DNA of 64,000 bases from positions 1,860,001 to 1,924,000 of the forward strand of contig NC_043016.1 of NCBI RefSeq assembly GCF_006345805.1, in the 5' to 3' direction. The notes beneath the pieces were generated by a model, which saw nothing but the letters and a program-made list of their open reading frames with translations, was not told where the DNA came from and ran no database searches. Of the stretch, positions 1 through 14,059 are shown piece by piece. Source of the DNA: Octopus sinensis. Lineage: Eukaryota. Positions within the stretch are counted from its first letter, which is position 1. Every line of letters begins with the position of its first letter. Both the position numbers and the translations under genes were made by a program.

Positions 1-1102
1 GTCTTCAGACAAGATACCTGCTTTGTATGCATACTTCATTATAGACAATGCACTCAAGGTCCAAATCAATCTTTAGTTAGGGTTATGGTGATGGATTTAG
101 TTCCGCACACAACAATATATACAATCCTTATAACGTTTTCCGCACAATTTAAAACTATCGCTTTTTACTTAGAAGATATGGTATGACCGAGGCTACACTA
201 CAACAACAAGAACAAACAAATAAAACTTGTTTGAAATGCAAGGTCGTATCTCGAAACCACTTGATTGTGAAGCAAACTCGAAAGCGAGGTCGTTATGTAG
301 GAGCTCAATTTTCTTTTTGTCATAAGTGAAGCAATAATTTATCAAAATTAACAGCCAGTTTTTTAAAAACTATTTGCCATAGTTCTGTATTTTTGGTGAA
401 TAACGTATTGTGACATGTGTACCTCTTTGAAGGTCATTTAAAATACAAATGAAAGAGCTTAGATATGACCTCGCATTACCGGCTTATTTCGGTAGCTTGC
501 TTTTTATTCAACAGCACAGAACTTCATTGGTCGAAATTACCATTAACTTCCGAAACAAGCTCTCATAGAATCTTAAAAGAATCGCCTACATCTCCCTCAA
601 ATCAAGCCCAGCCGTCTTTTCAAGTCAACTCCTAAGACGTTGTATCAACCAACGCAACGTTTGTTTGTTTTCTTTTTTATTCTCGATAGAATGCTTTTTA
701 TCGAAGATTTGCTCTATCAGAGCTGTCCGTGGACTAATCAACAACAACAATAACAACAACAAATTATTAGTAGATAATGTTGAATATTTTCCCAAGAGTC
801 TTTGAATAGATATTTCAATAATAATGAAATGGATACCTTTTGTTTCTGTACTGAGTATATGTTCAGATATGATCCAATAGCTGTAAATCTTTCTTCCATA
901 TTTAACTATTTTCAAATTGAAAACAAATGTTTCATATGTAGCTGCTGTGAAGTTCATGCGTATACGAAGGGGATTTAAGGAGCATGTAGAGTGAACTGCT
1001 TTCAATGGCATTTAGAACTATCGTTTTCCCTCCTCTCGTAGACACAAATTTTGGACAAAGGATAAACTGCAACAACTTCAACAAAAAACACACCAACAAC
1101 TA

Positions 1103-1140
<38 letters not shown>

Positions 1141-1158
1141 ACTACTACTACTACTACG

Positions 1159-1212
<54 letters not shown>
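1103..1212. repeat. (ACT)n microsatellite
   Basis: Direct tandem actactact run; explains the poly-Thr/Tyr ORF at 1005-1229. Confidence 0.95.
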
Positions 1213-1214
<2 letters not shown>

Positions 1215-1699
1215 TCTTCATCAACATAATCATCATCATTAACAATATCAACAATATCAACATCATTATCATGTATTCTAAAGGACACCTGAGGTAGATA
1301 GGTACTATATACAGATGCATACATTCATAAATACATACGTATATATATATATGTGTACTACGGCATTCCGTCGATTACGACGATGAAGGTTCCAGTTGAT
1401 CCGATCAACATAACAACCTGCTCATAAAATTAACGTGCAAGTGGCTGAGCACTCCACAGACACGTTATAAATTATTAAAAAATACTGAACATTTATGTTT
1501 TGAGACCTGTAATTTATCACTTCTGGTGCATCAACAGTTAATTAATCATAATAATTACATGTGTATGTGTGTGTGCGTATGTGTGTGCGTGCACGCGCGT
1601 CACGTGTGTATTTATATACAGTGTCCCAGTATGGCCTCAGTCTAATGGCTGAAACTAATAAAAGATAAAAGATACATGTGTGTGTGTGTGTATTCATTC

Positions 1700-1938
1700 T
1701 TCTATTCCTTTGCCTGTTTCTGTCATTTGACTGCGGTCATGCTGGAGCACCACCATAAAGGTTTTTGTTAGTCGAAGAAATTGACCCTAGCTCTCGTTTT
1801 TAAACCTCGTACTTATTCTTTCGGCTGCTTTTGTCGAACCGCTAGGTTGCCGGGACATCAACGGTTGTCAAGTGGTGATAGTGAGGACAAATACAGACAC
1901 AAAGACACACACATACAAACACACACACAGTGCATGTG

Positions 1939-1972
<34 letters not shown>

Positions 1973-2230
1973 TATTATATATATAGATATATATATATAT
2001 ATATATTATGGCGGTTGCCCCAGCATGGCCACAAGCTCATTAGCTGAAACTGGAAAAATCAAAATCAATCAATCATATATATGTACGATGGGCTTCTTTC
2101 AGTTTCCGTCTAACAAATCCTCTCATAAGGCTATAGTATAAACACCGACCAAGGTGACACGCAGTGGGACTGAACCCGTAACCATGTGGTCGAAAAGCAA
2201 GCTTCTAACCACACAGCCACGCCTGCACCT
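1700..2230 (-). mobile_element. tRNA-headed SINE family A (head + internal microsatellite + tail), diverged
   Basis: Head on minus strand at ~2085-2230, CA/TA repeat at ~1910-2005, tail at ~1700-1910; same layout as 56121-56665. Confidence 0.75.
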
Positions 2231-2457
2231 AAGAAACCGATAAACTCTCAAAATAGAAATGGCTGGAAATAGAGATACTCCGAATGTGGAACTTAAAAAC
2301 TGAAACAATCCTTATAATGATAAGCGAATTTGGTATGATTAAAATCGTACGGACACATACATAATCAAGACACAAGGATTTACGAATATATGTATATATA
2401 TAACATAGAAAATAGCTCTACTAGGCACCTCACCCATCCTACTATAAAGCCATTCAG

Positions 2458-2614
2458 TATAACAACAACAACAACAACCACAAGAACAACAACAACAATA
2501 AAATGATAATAATCATAATAATATATAATAATAATAATAATAATAACAATGATGATGATGATATGATGATGATGATGATGATGATGATGAGATGATGATG
2601 ATATAATAATAATA

Positions 2615-2643
<29 letters not shown>
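2458..2643. repeat. Compound (AAC)/(AAT)/(GAT)n trinucleotide tract
   Basis: Direct; immediately precedes an R4/Dong fragment. Confidence 0.95.
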
Positions 2644-2645
<2 letters not shown>

Positions 2646-3783
2646 GTTAAAACTTGTCTCAAAACATGAAAACAAGAAAGCATCATCTCAGTAACAAAAC
2701 AGGCAAAGGAATATCTAAGTGAATTCGAATACAACAATTTACGGAATTAGACATACAAGAAACAAGCACAGAAAAAAGCTAAACGCATGAAAACCTGTGC
2801 TAAAACTGCGACCTTAGATATTCTGAATGATAAATGGCAAGAAAAACCTCTCAATGAGAGCCAATAATACAGATGTTGACAAAGCCCTGACCCATCAATG
2901 GCTAATGGCCTCTGGCTTAAAATCTGAGACAGACAGGTTTATCATAGCAGCTCAAGATCAATGCCTACCAACAAGAAACTACCAGGCCAACATATTAAAG
3001 GACGGCAGTAGCCCAACATGTCGTGTATGTCAACAACAAAATGAATCCATTGATCATGTTGTCTCCAAGTGCAGTCTTCTTGCACCTACAGAGTATCTCA
3101 ACAAGCATGATAGAGCTGCACAATATATTCACTGGGTAATCTGCCAAAACCCTGGATTTGCCCCACGAAAAACTGGTGGGAACACACACCACCCCAGTGC
3201 TTGAATGACAACATCTCATCATCACTCCTCTGGAACTTCCCCATTCAAACTGACAGAAAGATAGATGCAAATAGGCGAGACATCATATTGAAAGACTTCA
3301 AACAAAGAACATGCCTCCTCATTGATATGACTGTCCCAATCGATATAAACGTATCTGTCAAGACCTACCAAAAACTGAGCAAATATAAAGATCTTGAAAT
3401 AAAAATCAGCAAAATGTGGAACCTGAAGACTAAAACAATACATGTTGTCATAGGTACCCTGGGAATGATAGCAAAAGGGGCTGATTGCTACCTAACTCAG
3501 ATATCAGGAAACCCCAAAATGGCAGAAATTCAAAGGATAGTGCTCATGGGAACTGCTCATATCCTACGCAAAATATTGTCTATGTAATCTCAAGTTTTAA
3601 AACAAACATACCTTTCGTTTTTTTTTCTTTTTTGACATTCACTAGTACAACACTAATACAAAACCAAAGATATGGCACACTAGGCATAACAATATCACCA
3701 ACTTCCAACCTGTTGTCTCTTGATGTCTCTGGGTGAGACTTGGAACCAACTTGTACAAATGTAAAGCAAAAGTCAAACATAGA
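2644..3783 (+). mobile_element. 5'-truncated R4/Dong-clade RLE LINE, lineage A
   Basis: Frameshifted ORFs 2827-3204 and 3201-3587 give LKSETD..IIAAQDQCLPTRNY, CCHC knuckle CRVC..DHVVSKC, KHD and the RLE region (DIILKD..CLLIDMTVP..KYKDL). 3' UTR ends caaacatag-(aat)n. Confidence 0.9.
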
Positions 3784-3801
3784 ATAATAATAATCATGAT
3801 G

Positions 3802-3873
<72 letters not shown>
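3784..3873. repeat. (AAT)n tract 3' of the R4/Dong copy
   Basis: Direct. Confidence 0.95.
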
Positions 3874-3875
<2 letters not shown>

Positions 3876-3879
3876 GCAT

Positions 3880-4048
3880 TGAAAGATTTGGGGAGGGCTA
3901 GTCGATTACCTCGATCCTAGAGTTCAAATTGTACTACCTTCATCGATCGAAAGGATGAAAGCAAAGCTATCTTCGGTGGGATATGGACTCAGAAAGTAAT
4001 GAGAGATGAAATGCCGCTAAGCATTTTCCCCGGCGTACTAACGATTCA
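3880..4048 (-). mobile_element. tRNA-headed SINE family B, diverged
   Basis: Reverse complement resembles gaatcgttagcacgccggg..aaatgcttagcgg..ttctgagt..ctttcatcctttcg, shared with 14060-14280, 18358-18510 and 60782-60933. Confidence 0.7.
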
Positions 4049-4049
4049 A

Positions 4050-4061
4050 TAGCACAACCAA

Positions 4062-4094
<33 letters not shown>

Positions 4095-4283
4095 CAACAA
4101 CACAACAGCAACAACAGAATGATAATAACGATGATGATGATTATGATAATAATAGTAATAATAATATAATAAGAAGAAGAAGAAGAAGAAGAAATGTAAC
4201 AATAATAATAGTAATAGTAATGATATAATAATAAATAATATAATAATAATAATAATATAATAATAATAATAATAATAATGATG

Positions 4284-4337
<54 letters not shown>

Positions 4338-4355
4338 TAATAATAATATGGCAAT
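4050..4355. repeat. Compound (CAC)/(AAC)/(AAT)/(AAG)n tract
   Basis: Direct. Confidence 0.95.
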
Positions 4356-4399
4356 AATAGTAGGAGAAAGGCTAGACAAACGTAGATAAAAATATTGAA

Positions 4400-4800
4400 A
4401 GCTCTTCACTAGCAATATCTCATGGTATTTACGGAATTACTGATCATGTGTTTGTCTTAAGAATATAATCTCAGATGGGAAACAGAAGGAACAGTTACGG
4501 CGTCTGACAACCAACTGTTGTGAATATACAACACGAGAAATATCTGCATCTCTTCTGTAGGCTATGAGGAGTGGAGCAGTAACAAAGGAAAACATTATTA
4601 GATCTTGATCCAAGTGAACACACAAAAAGAAAATAATAAAATATAACTTGATAATGTAGGAAAAGATGGTCCATTGGCAATTGTGTAAAACATTCAAAAA
4701 CTTTGTTTCATCTTCTATCAGAATTATATAAAACGAAGGGAAGAATGATTCGTGGTATTTTTTAATATCTACATAGCGAAAGGTAGTTTCAGCCAGAGGA
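4400..4800 (+). mobile_element. Highly decayed R4/Dong-like LINE remnant
   Basis: Broken frames read WETEGTVTA and DNVG..VHWQLCK, matching the ETEG..HD..HW..C region of the better copies; follows an (AAT)n tract. Confidence 0.5.
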
Positions 4801-5657
4801 AGACTAGACATTTTGATTACAGAGTTATAAACAAATATTGTTATCCCAGTAGATGTTTCGCCCTTAGACAGAAGAGAGAATAAGAGAATGTATCAGGAAA
4901 TAATAATGAAACACACGAAGACAAGGAGACAGCTTTATTCCATCCAAAGAAATATACTGTAATATTCATTCTATTATGGAACCAAAATACTTTGAAATAA
5001 GGTAGTTTCTAATAGAATAAGGAATATAAATACGGCTATAGGGAAAGTAAACTCGGAATTGTTATATAAAAATCGATAACCAAATATGCATTCGTATATT
5101 AAATGGTGAATGATGTAGGCTATCAGAAATAATCTCTGGACAATCGAGATTAGGCCCAGGAATGGGCTTGTGGTTAAGTAGTGATCAAAGAAGTGTTATC
5201 GGGTTCGATCCTAACACGAAGTGACTTTTAAACCATAATGATTGCTCCGACCGAACTCTGATAATAAGATTTGAACATCGAAAATTATGCATGCATTCTA
5301 ATTATTTTGTATTAGGGATCCAAATATTTGGTCCGTTTTAACGCTAAAAATTCATCAGTGGATTTCTTAATTGTGGCCACACAAATATCATAAAAATATG
5401 TAATTTTTTTCCTGACTAAGCAACCCTACAATCCTAGGAAAAAAAGCACAAGAGTCATTACTTGATTGGTGCTATTTCTAGTTAATCTACCTAATGAATT
5501 GAGGACATTTAGTATCAATCCACACTTAATTCCAACCCCAACTAAAGTCAATAAGATTGATCAGTCATTCATCAGTTGCTTTGATCAGGGGAGCACAAGC
5601 GTTCGACAAACATTCTGTCGGTTAAATTTGATAAAATGAAATATTGATTAATTCTAG

Positions 5658-6628
5658 GGCAGTGTTGGTGTTGCGTATGGTATTGTTGGTGTGATGTGTA
5701 ACAGTGTTGATGTGGTGTATGGTAGTGCTGTTATAGTACATGTTAATGTTGGTATTGTGAATGGTAGTGTTGGTGTGATGTATGGTAGTTTTGTTGTACT
5801 GTATGGTAGTGCTGGTGTGGCGAATGGTAGAGTTGGTTTGGTGTATGGCAGTGTTGGTGTGGCGTAAGGTAGGGTTGGTGTTGTGTATAGTATTGCTGAT
5901 GGCGTGCAAAGTAATGTTAGCGAGGTGTATGGTACTATTGATGTGGTCTATGGTAGTGTTGGTGTAGTGTATGGTAGGGTTGGTGTTGTGTATAGCAATG
6001 TATTCGTGGTATATGGTGTAGTTGGTGAGGTGTATGGTAGGGATGTTGTGTATGGTACATTTGGTATGGTGTATGCTAGTGTTCGGGTGATGTGTGGTAG
6101 TGTGCCTGTGATGTATTGTAGTGTTGGTATGGTGTATAGTAATATTAGTTTGGTGTATCGTAGTTTTGGTGTTGTGTATGATAGTAATAGTGTGGTTTAT
6201 GGTGGCGCTGGTGATGTGTATAGCAGTGTATTTGTGGTCTATGGTAGTGTTATTGTGCTGTATGGTAGTGCTGGTGTGGTGTATGGTAGTATTAGTAGTG
6301 TGTACGGAAGTGTTGCGTGGTGTATGATTGTGTTGCTGCGGTTTGTGGTAGTGTTGGTGTGGTGTATGGTAGTGTTGGTGACGTGTATGTTATATTATTG
6401 TTGTGTATAGCAGTTTTGGTGTAGTGTGTGGTAGTGTTGATGTAGTGTATAGTAAGTGATTGTGTGGTGTATTATGTTGCTGGTGATGTGTATAGCAGTG
6501 TATTTGTGGTCTATGGTAGGTTTGGTGTGGTGTATGGTAGTGATAGTGTGCTGTAGTGTATACTGGTGTTATGTATGGTACTGTTATGTTGTGTATGGCA
6601 TTGATGTATGGTGTATGGTAGCGTTCAT
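5658..6628. repeat. Degenerate 21-bp tandem repeat (~46 units, consensus gtgtatggtagtgttggtgtg)
   Basis: Periodicity visible directly; translates as VVYGSVG (+) or TIHHTNT (-). Confidence 0.9.
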
Positions 6629-6659
6629 GTCAGGTGTGTGCGCGCTATATATATATATA

Positions 6660-6698
<39 letters not shown>

Positions 6699-6699
6699 C

Positions 6700-6840
6700 T
6701 TACTTACTTAAAGCAGCAGAAATTCAACAAAACCTGTTACTCTGAATGTTCTGCTGCTTTAAATAAAGCATATTACTCTACTACTGTATTTGAGCACTCT
6801 TTTTTCCACATTGTTTCACATTTATGTGTTTACTCCGGTA
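6700..6840. repeat. Dispersed repeat with a 14-bp inverted stem (6708-6762); related copy at ~48370-48500
   Basis: ttaaagcagcagaa...ttctgctgctttaa; aagcatattactctac..gtatt(t/c)gag.act.tttttccac shared by both loci. Confidence 0.55.
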
Positions 6841-7158
6841 TATATATATATATATATATATATAGGGGGGATAAGAAAAATCAACGGAAATGCACATTGT
6901 AATAAAAAAAAAAGGCTTTTATAAAGGTAATGACAGATATATACATTTAGATGAACTGAGGTAGTAATAAAAGTCATTATAATGAGATGATTAAAAAGTC
7001 AGAAAGCAAAGCATCCCATGGTTTCGTCATAAGCTATTCCTTGCTTTGAATAAACACCGGCTAATGAACGGTGTCAGGTCTTATAGATCCTGAGAAAAAA
7101 GATTATTTGTAAAGGAGGTATATAGTTCTGGATTTAGTGCATTTGTGTTAGATAAAGT

Positions 7159-7535
7159 ATTGTAATGTGAATGGTGTAGGGAGTCTCGGAAAATCTAATC
7201 TATGTCATGACATCCTTAGGATGTGGTAACCACTATATTGGACAAACAGGAATTTCACTCTGTCGAAGAACCACCATCCACAAAGAGCAAATCAGCCACC
7301 CACAATACAGACAGTTACAGGTTAGTAAATACATAGAAAAGTATGCCAGGAATCTTAATCCTAATTTCCAAATCTTCCCATTCTATCAATGTTCACAGAA
7401 CACCACAATGCAACAAAGGTTGAATAAAGATGCAATTTTCATCAATAAATATCTTCCCCAACTAAATATGAACACACAACTTAATTCAGAACACCACTAA
7501 CCCCTATACACTCCCTACACCATTCACATTACAAT
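7159..7535 (+). mobile_element. Penelope-like element 3' fragment, GIY-YIG endonuclease
   Basis: ORF 7207-7500 reads CGNHYIGQTG..RRTTIHKEQI..FINKYLPQLN; bracketed by a perfect 26-bp inverted repeat (7159-7184 / 7510-7535). Confidence 0.75.
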
Positions 7536-7990
7536 TCTTGAGAAGTATAAACGGAGATAGTTAGAGGAAGATAGATAAAGAGGGAGAGAGGAGGTGAAAA
7601 AGGGAAAGTGAGGGAGAGAGAAGGAGAGAGGAGTTAGAGAGTGCGGGAGGGAGAGATAGAAAAGATGAAAACGGTGCAAGAAAAAATTGTCGGCATTAAC
7701 GTTTCCTCAAGTTGAAGTGACCGGAAGAACGAAGTCGATGGAAGAGGAAATAACAGTGATCCAATTGAACACGGATGCTGAAGCGCACCTGTGTTTTGGG
7801 GATGCCTGTGTGAGTATATATATGTTTGTGTGGGAAGGGGCGGGGGCGGAAACGCGAGTTTGGGTGCGCACGCACTCGCGTTCGCCCCCGTCCCACACAC
7901 ATGAAATAATATGAGATAAGGGTAATACTAAAATTACTACATATAAAGAGTAATAAACAGTATCTAGTACTACGGATAGGAATACAAGAA

Positions 7991-8099
<109 letters not shown>

Positions 8100-8117
8100 T
8101 AATAATAATAATAATAA

Positions 8118-9737
8118 TTGACAGAAACATCTAACGTTAACCTTGACCAGCAGAATGTCATAAAAGAATTAGACCCAGCAGAGAACTACAAGTATCTAGG
8201 GGTAATTGAAGGAGAAGGAATAAGGCATTCAGAGATGAATTCAAAGGATCAGGAAAGAATGTTATCGCAGAGTAAGAGCAATACTCAAGACAGAGCTGAA
8301 TGCGAGAAACAGGATCGAAGCGATCAATGCATTAGCCATACCAGTTGTGACTTACAGTTTCAATATTGTTAACTAGTCAATTACTGAAATATGTAATCTT
8401 GACAGAAAAATTCGAAAACTATTGACAATGCATAGAATGCACCACCCTAAGGCAGATACAGAACGACTTTATCTGACAAGAAAAGAGAAAGGCCGTGGAC
8501 TTTTACAACTGGCAATAACAATGAAGATTGCTACAATTGGCCTAGACACCTACCTGAAAAACTCTGAGGACTGGATGTTAAAACTTGTTTCAAAACATGA
8601 AAACAAGAAAGCATCATACTCAGTAACAAAACAGGCAAAGAAATATCTAAGTGAATTCCGAATACAACAAATTTCGGAATTAGAGATAGACATACAAGAA
8701 ACAAGCACAGAAAAAGCTAAGCGTGTGAAAACCCGTGCTAAATCTGCGGCCTTAGATATTCTGAATGATAAATGGCAAGAAAAACCTCTCTATGGCAAAT
8801 ACCCAAAGGGAGCAAATAATGCAGATGTTGACAAAGCCCTGACCCATCAATGGCTAATGGCCTCTGGCTTAAAATCTGAAACAGAGGGGTTTATCATAGC
8901 AGCTCAAGATCAATGCCTACCAACAAGAAACTACCAGGCCAACATATTAAGATCAGAAGCATCCAACGTGTCGTGTATGCCAGCAACAAAATGAAATCAT
9001 TGACCATGTGGTCTCCAAGTGCAGTCTTCTAGCGCCTACAGAGTATCAACAGACACGATAGAGCTGCACAATATATTCACTGGGTAATCTGCAAAAACCT
9101 GGATTTGCCCCATGAAAAAAACTGGTGGAACACAAACCACCCCCAGTGCTTGAAAATGACAACATCTCACTCTCTGGAACTCCACCATTCAAACTAACAG
9201 AAAGATAGATGCAAATAGGCCAGACATCATATTGAAAGACTTCAGACAAAGAACATGCCTCCTCATTGATATGACTGTCCCAATCGATATAAACGCATCT
9301 GTCAAGACCTACCAAAAACTGAGCAGGTATAAAGATCTTGAAATAGAAATCAGCAAGATGTGGAACCTGAAGACTAAAACAATACCTGTTGTCATAGGTT
9401 CCCTGGGAATGATAGCAAAAGGGGCTGATAGCTATTTAACACAGATACCAGGAAACCCCAAAATGGCAGAAATTCAAAAGATAGTGCTCATGGGAACTGC
9501 TCATACCCTACGCAAAATACTTTCTATGTAATCTCAAGGTTTAAAACAAACATAATTTTCGGTTAAAAAAAAAACAAAAAAATTTTTTTTTTAGACATTC
9601 ATTAGTACAACACCAAAAAATCCCCCCAAATATATGGCACACTAGGCATAACAACATGAACTTCCAACCTGTTGTCTCTTGAGGTCTCTGGGTGAGACTT
9701 GGAGCCAACTTGTACAAATATAAAGCAAAACTCAAAC

Positions 9738-9740
<3 letters not shown>
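8118..9740 (+). mobile_element. 5'-truncated R4/Dong-clade RLE LINE, lineage A
   Basis: ORFs 8118-8372, 8422-8994 and 9232-9531: RT end YKYLGV, MHHPKADTERLYL..GRGL, QDQCLPTRNY, RPDIILKD..IDMTVP. (AAT)n on both sides (7990-8117 and 9741-9900). Confidence 0.92.
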
Positions 9741-9772
<32 letters not shown>

Positions 9773-9802
9773 TAATAATAATAATAATAATAATATGATA
9801 AT

Positions 9803-10405
<603 letters not shown>

Positions 10406-10414
10406 AATAATAAT

Positions 10415-11070
10415 AATATATATATGGATAGAATGTGTCTAGAAAAATGTGGAGTCTGTGAAACATGGAACGAGACATTAGCACACCTTGTGAAAGAATG
10501 CGTCACGCTGGCACAGGAAAAATATAAGAAATGGAGGCATGGCTAGAAACTCTGCCAGAAATGGGAAGTTGGAGCTGGAAACACATGTTACAATCATCGA
10601 GTCGAAGAGTACTGGAAATGTAAGATTCTTGTGGGACTATTCAAACAGATAAGAAATTAGAAAATAATAGACCAGACATAACGATTATAGATAAGAAAAA
10701 TGAGGTTGCGTATTTATAGACACATCATAGCCGTTTGATTCCAGGATCGTAAAGAAGGAAGAAAAAAACAAAAAAAATACACTCTCTTAAGATTTGAAAT
10801 AGGAAGAATTTGGGGCATGCGAAGAGTAAATAATTTTGCGCAGAGACCAGTAAGCAAAGGTATAGACAAATGACTGAAGGTGGTTGAAACAAAATGCCCG
10901 GTAGAACTCCTACACAAATTTTGTCTGTTAGGGACAGCAAGGATTATCAGGAGGGTCCTAAGCAGTTGAAGGACTGCTGAAAACTTGTGGGTGCCTAAGG
11001 CTACAGGTAGTAAACCGCTATCCACATAATTCCTACCAGGAATATGACAGAATCTGAGCTAAACCAAAAT
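10415..11070 (+). mobile_element. Decayed R4/Dong-like LINE 3' fragment (different lineage)
   Basis: CGVCETWNETLAHLVKECVTLAQEKYKKWRH (CCHC) and NRPDITIIDKKN in broken frames; followed by (AAT)/(GAT)n. Confidence 0.7.
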
Positions 11071-11099
11071 AATTATAATGATGATGATGATGATGATGA

Positions 11100-13995
11100 T
11101 TACTCACAAGAATATGCTGCCGAGAATGGTGAAATAATCGAGATAGATTGTTTAAAACGGTGAAGACCTGGCTATTAATCAGGATTTTGAATCTATTAAA
11201 TTTATGTGCGACTTTTAAAAGGCTGACCAATAGAGACTAAATCAAGTGACAAGTAAAGTTAATACTGTATTGAATCATATTGAAACAAATAACCTCATGA
11301 AGACAGCAAATAGGATTGTTACAGAAAGGATAGGATTGAAGACCAATGAGAACAGAACATTGATCAAAAGAAAAGGAAATAGACAAGCTTGGTAGAAAAG
11401 AAGAATATCAGAAGATGTAAGCTCCCTGAACAATGTAGTGTCAATACTTGATTGGAAAAGAAGAGGAGAATTGAAGAATGATCGCTAATTTGTAAAATTA
11501 AAGATGTATAATGTTGATACAAAAGGCCTGAATGTTGTAATTGAAAAACTGAAGCAGCGCATACTTGCCAAGAAAGCAAAGCTCACTAGGTTTGAACAAC
11601 GGATTAAAAGATAGCGGGAAAAGCAATTGCTTAGAATCGACCAAGAGAGATATTATCAAGAAATTAATGATGACTTAGAACGTGAAAGATAGTTCCTGGT
11701 GCTGATGGAAGTCGACAGTTTGGGAGTAAGATGTGGAGTAAGCAATAACAACACAATACTGGAGCTGAATGGTTCTGCAGCCTGAAGCAAACAAATTATC
11801 TTCAGCAAGAAGCTATTCTCTTTACCGAAGATAGCATAAAAAAAATATTAGCAAAACGATGAGCAATTGGAAAACAGCAGGACCTGATGGGTTACAGGGA
11901 TTTTTGATAAAAAGAAATTCAGTAGGTGCCATAAATTGACTGCAGAGCAATTTAATGCATTGATTGAGGGAGAAGAAATCCCGCGGTGGTTGATCAAGTA
12001 ATGTTGTGCTCGGAGGAAGGAAATGCTGCCGACAATTACAGATCAATTTCTTGCTTTTCATTAATGTGGAAGTTATTGCCTGGAAGGATTGCAAGATAAA
12101 TGTTGATAATATCTTACCATTGGAACAAAAAGTTGCAGTGGTACCAAAGACCAATTATTGATAGTAAAATTGGTAGTGTAAGATTGTAAGCTAATGAAAG
12201 CAAATTTGGGAATGGATTGTGTTGATTACCGCAAAACTCAAAATTTGATTCTGCATTTGTGGATCATTGAGTGTGTAGATATGCTTGGAATTTGCTAGGA
12301 ATGTAACGTTTTTTGAAGAAAAGAATGGTGGAGGTGTAAAACTGAGTTGGCATCATACAGACAGAGCTTTGGCACCCTGGGCATCAGAAGATTTTCCAAG
12401 GCGATTACTTATCTCCATTGCTTTTTATACTTTGCATGATCCCTCTGACCTTGGTGCTGGGGAAAGTGAACCTAGGTTATCAGCTAAAGGGAAAATCTCA
12501 ATTAATCACTTCCTTTACATGGATGATTTGAAATTGTATGGCAAGGATGAAGTACAAGTGAGGACCTTAGTGATTACGGTCCACTGCTTTGGTACTGATA
12601 TTAGGATGGAATTCGAACTCAATAAGTGAGGTGTAATGAGCATGAAAAGAAGCAACGTACAGTACCTGGCATGGATAGAATTACCAAGTAGAGAACTGAT
12701 TAAACAAATTGAAAAGAAACGCTATAAATCATGTAGAAGGAAATGAAAGAAAGCTGAAGAAAGAATATTTCCGAAGACTATGATCGTTGCTACTTTCAAA
12801 ATTGACTGGATGGAATAAAATCTTCGGTATGGAGCTGGAATCAGAAACATTAGAAAGAACTAATGAGCATGGATACGAAGACACAGAAAATATTGACCGT
12901 ACCCGGAGCATTCCATCTCAAGAGTGGAACTGATATATTGTACTTGTTCAGAAGATAGGGTGAGAGAGGTTTAATCAGTTGCCAGGATTATGTTGAATCA
13001 GAAAAAAAAACCCAGCTTAGAGTGGCATGTAAAAAATGCCGTGGAATCATTGTTGAACCGTAAAGTCTGGCATCATCAAAATTAATAATTGTGCGAAGAA
13101 AGAAAAACTTAAAGAGAAAAAGATCACGTTTAAAGAAATAGCATGGAAAGAAAATATATACGGTCAGTTTGGAAGAGATATGAGCGACAAGATCGATACA
13201 GAATGCCATAGGTTAGGGATGCGAGAAGTGATCTGGGGGTAGAGACTGAAGCACTTATATGCACAGTACTAGAACAAGCTTTAAGGACGAACTATGTGAA
13301 GTGTAAAATGGACAGCAAAACTGGGAGCAACAAATGCAGAATGTGTGGCAAGAAGGCTCAAACGGTGTGGCCCATTGTCAGTCAACCCCAAAATTGGCAC
13401 AACGCGTATACAAACGACATGACAGCATGACAAGGATGATCCGTTGAGGGCTCTGTGGAATTACAGACCACAAAGAGGAAATAGTTGTAAGACCAAATCT
13501 TAGAAGTAGTTACTGAGAATGAAGACTGCTAAATCCGGTGGAATGCAATGATTCAGTGTGACCATCAGATCAGATATCGGAAACCTGACATTCTTGTGGT
13601 GAACGAAAAAGAAAATAAAAACTTGCATGATAATCGACATAGCCTGTCCTGAAAAGATGTTATTGCCTATGTATTTACTGCTTGGATTTTATTCCATCCA
13701 GTCAATGAGAAAGAAAAAAACAGTGAAAAGCTATGACGATTTGAAGTGGGGAAATAGGCAGGTTGTGAGCAATGAAGAAAGTGAACATGATAACAACAGT
13801 AATTGGCGCACTTGGAAGTATCAGCAATTAAAAAAACATGGGTTCACCTAGAAAAATTATCATTGCTTGGAACTGTAAGAATTCTCCGCAGGGTTCTTGA
13901 AACATGATCAGTAACGCAGTCTCACCTTAGTCTGCTGGCTGTGGACAGCTACACTTTCCATCATACCCAGCAAGATAAGCTAAGAATTTTCATCA
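11100..13995 (+). mobile_element. Long decayed R4/Dong-like LINE (pre-RT region, RT, CCHC, RLE)
   Basis: NWKTAGPDGLQG, HFLYMDDLKLYG..MEFELNK, ETEAL, KCRMCG, RKPDILVV..IIDIACP; many stops and frameshifts; 3' end abuts (TAC)/(TAA)/(CAA)n. Confidence 0.8.
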
Positions 13996-14059
13996 GCTAC
14001 TACTACTACTAATAATAATAATAACAACAACAACAACAACAACAACAACAATCCTTTCT

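Noticed and set aside
625-1068. 128-aa minus ORF and a possible acceptor at ~1068 with a RGGKT motif
   Set aside because: All three frames from the acceptor close early; the motif is not a proper Walker A; no recognisable family.
4437-4811. Minus ORF with FRYVDI resembling a Penelope RT
   Set aside because: The plus strand matches R4/Dong motifs better, so this is antisense coincidence.
4810-4900. Hammerhead-like CUGAUAC...CGAAAC on the minus strand
   Set aside because: Core mutated and stems do not form convincingly.
5883-6410. Plus ORF (VVYGSVG)n as an amyloid or shell-type protein
   Set aside because: The same frame has in-phase stops within the repeat (~5865, ~6554) and no signal peptide or proper start.
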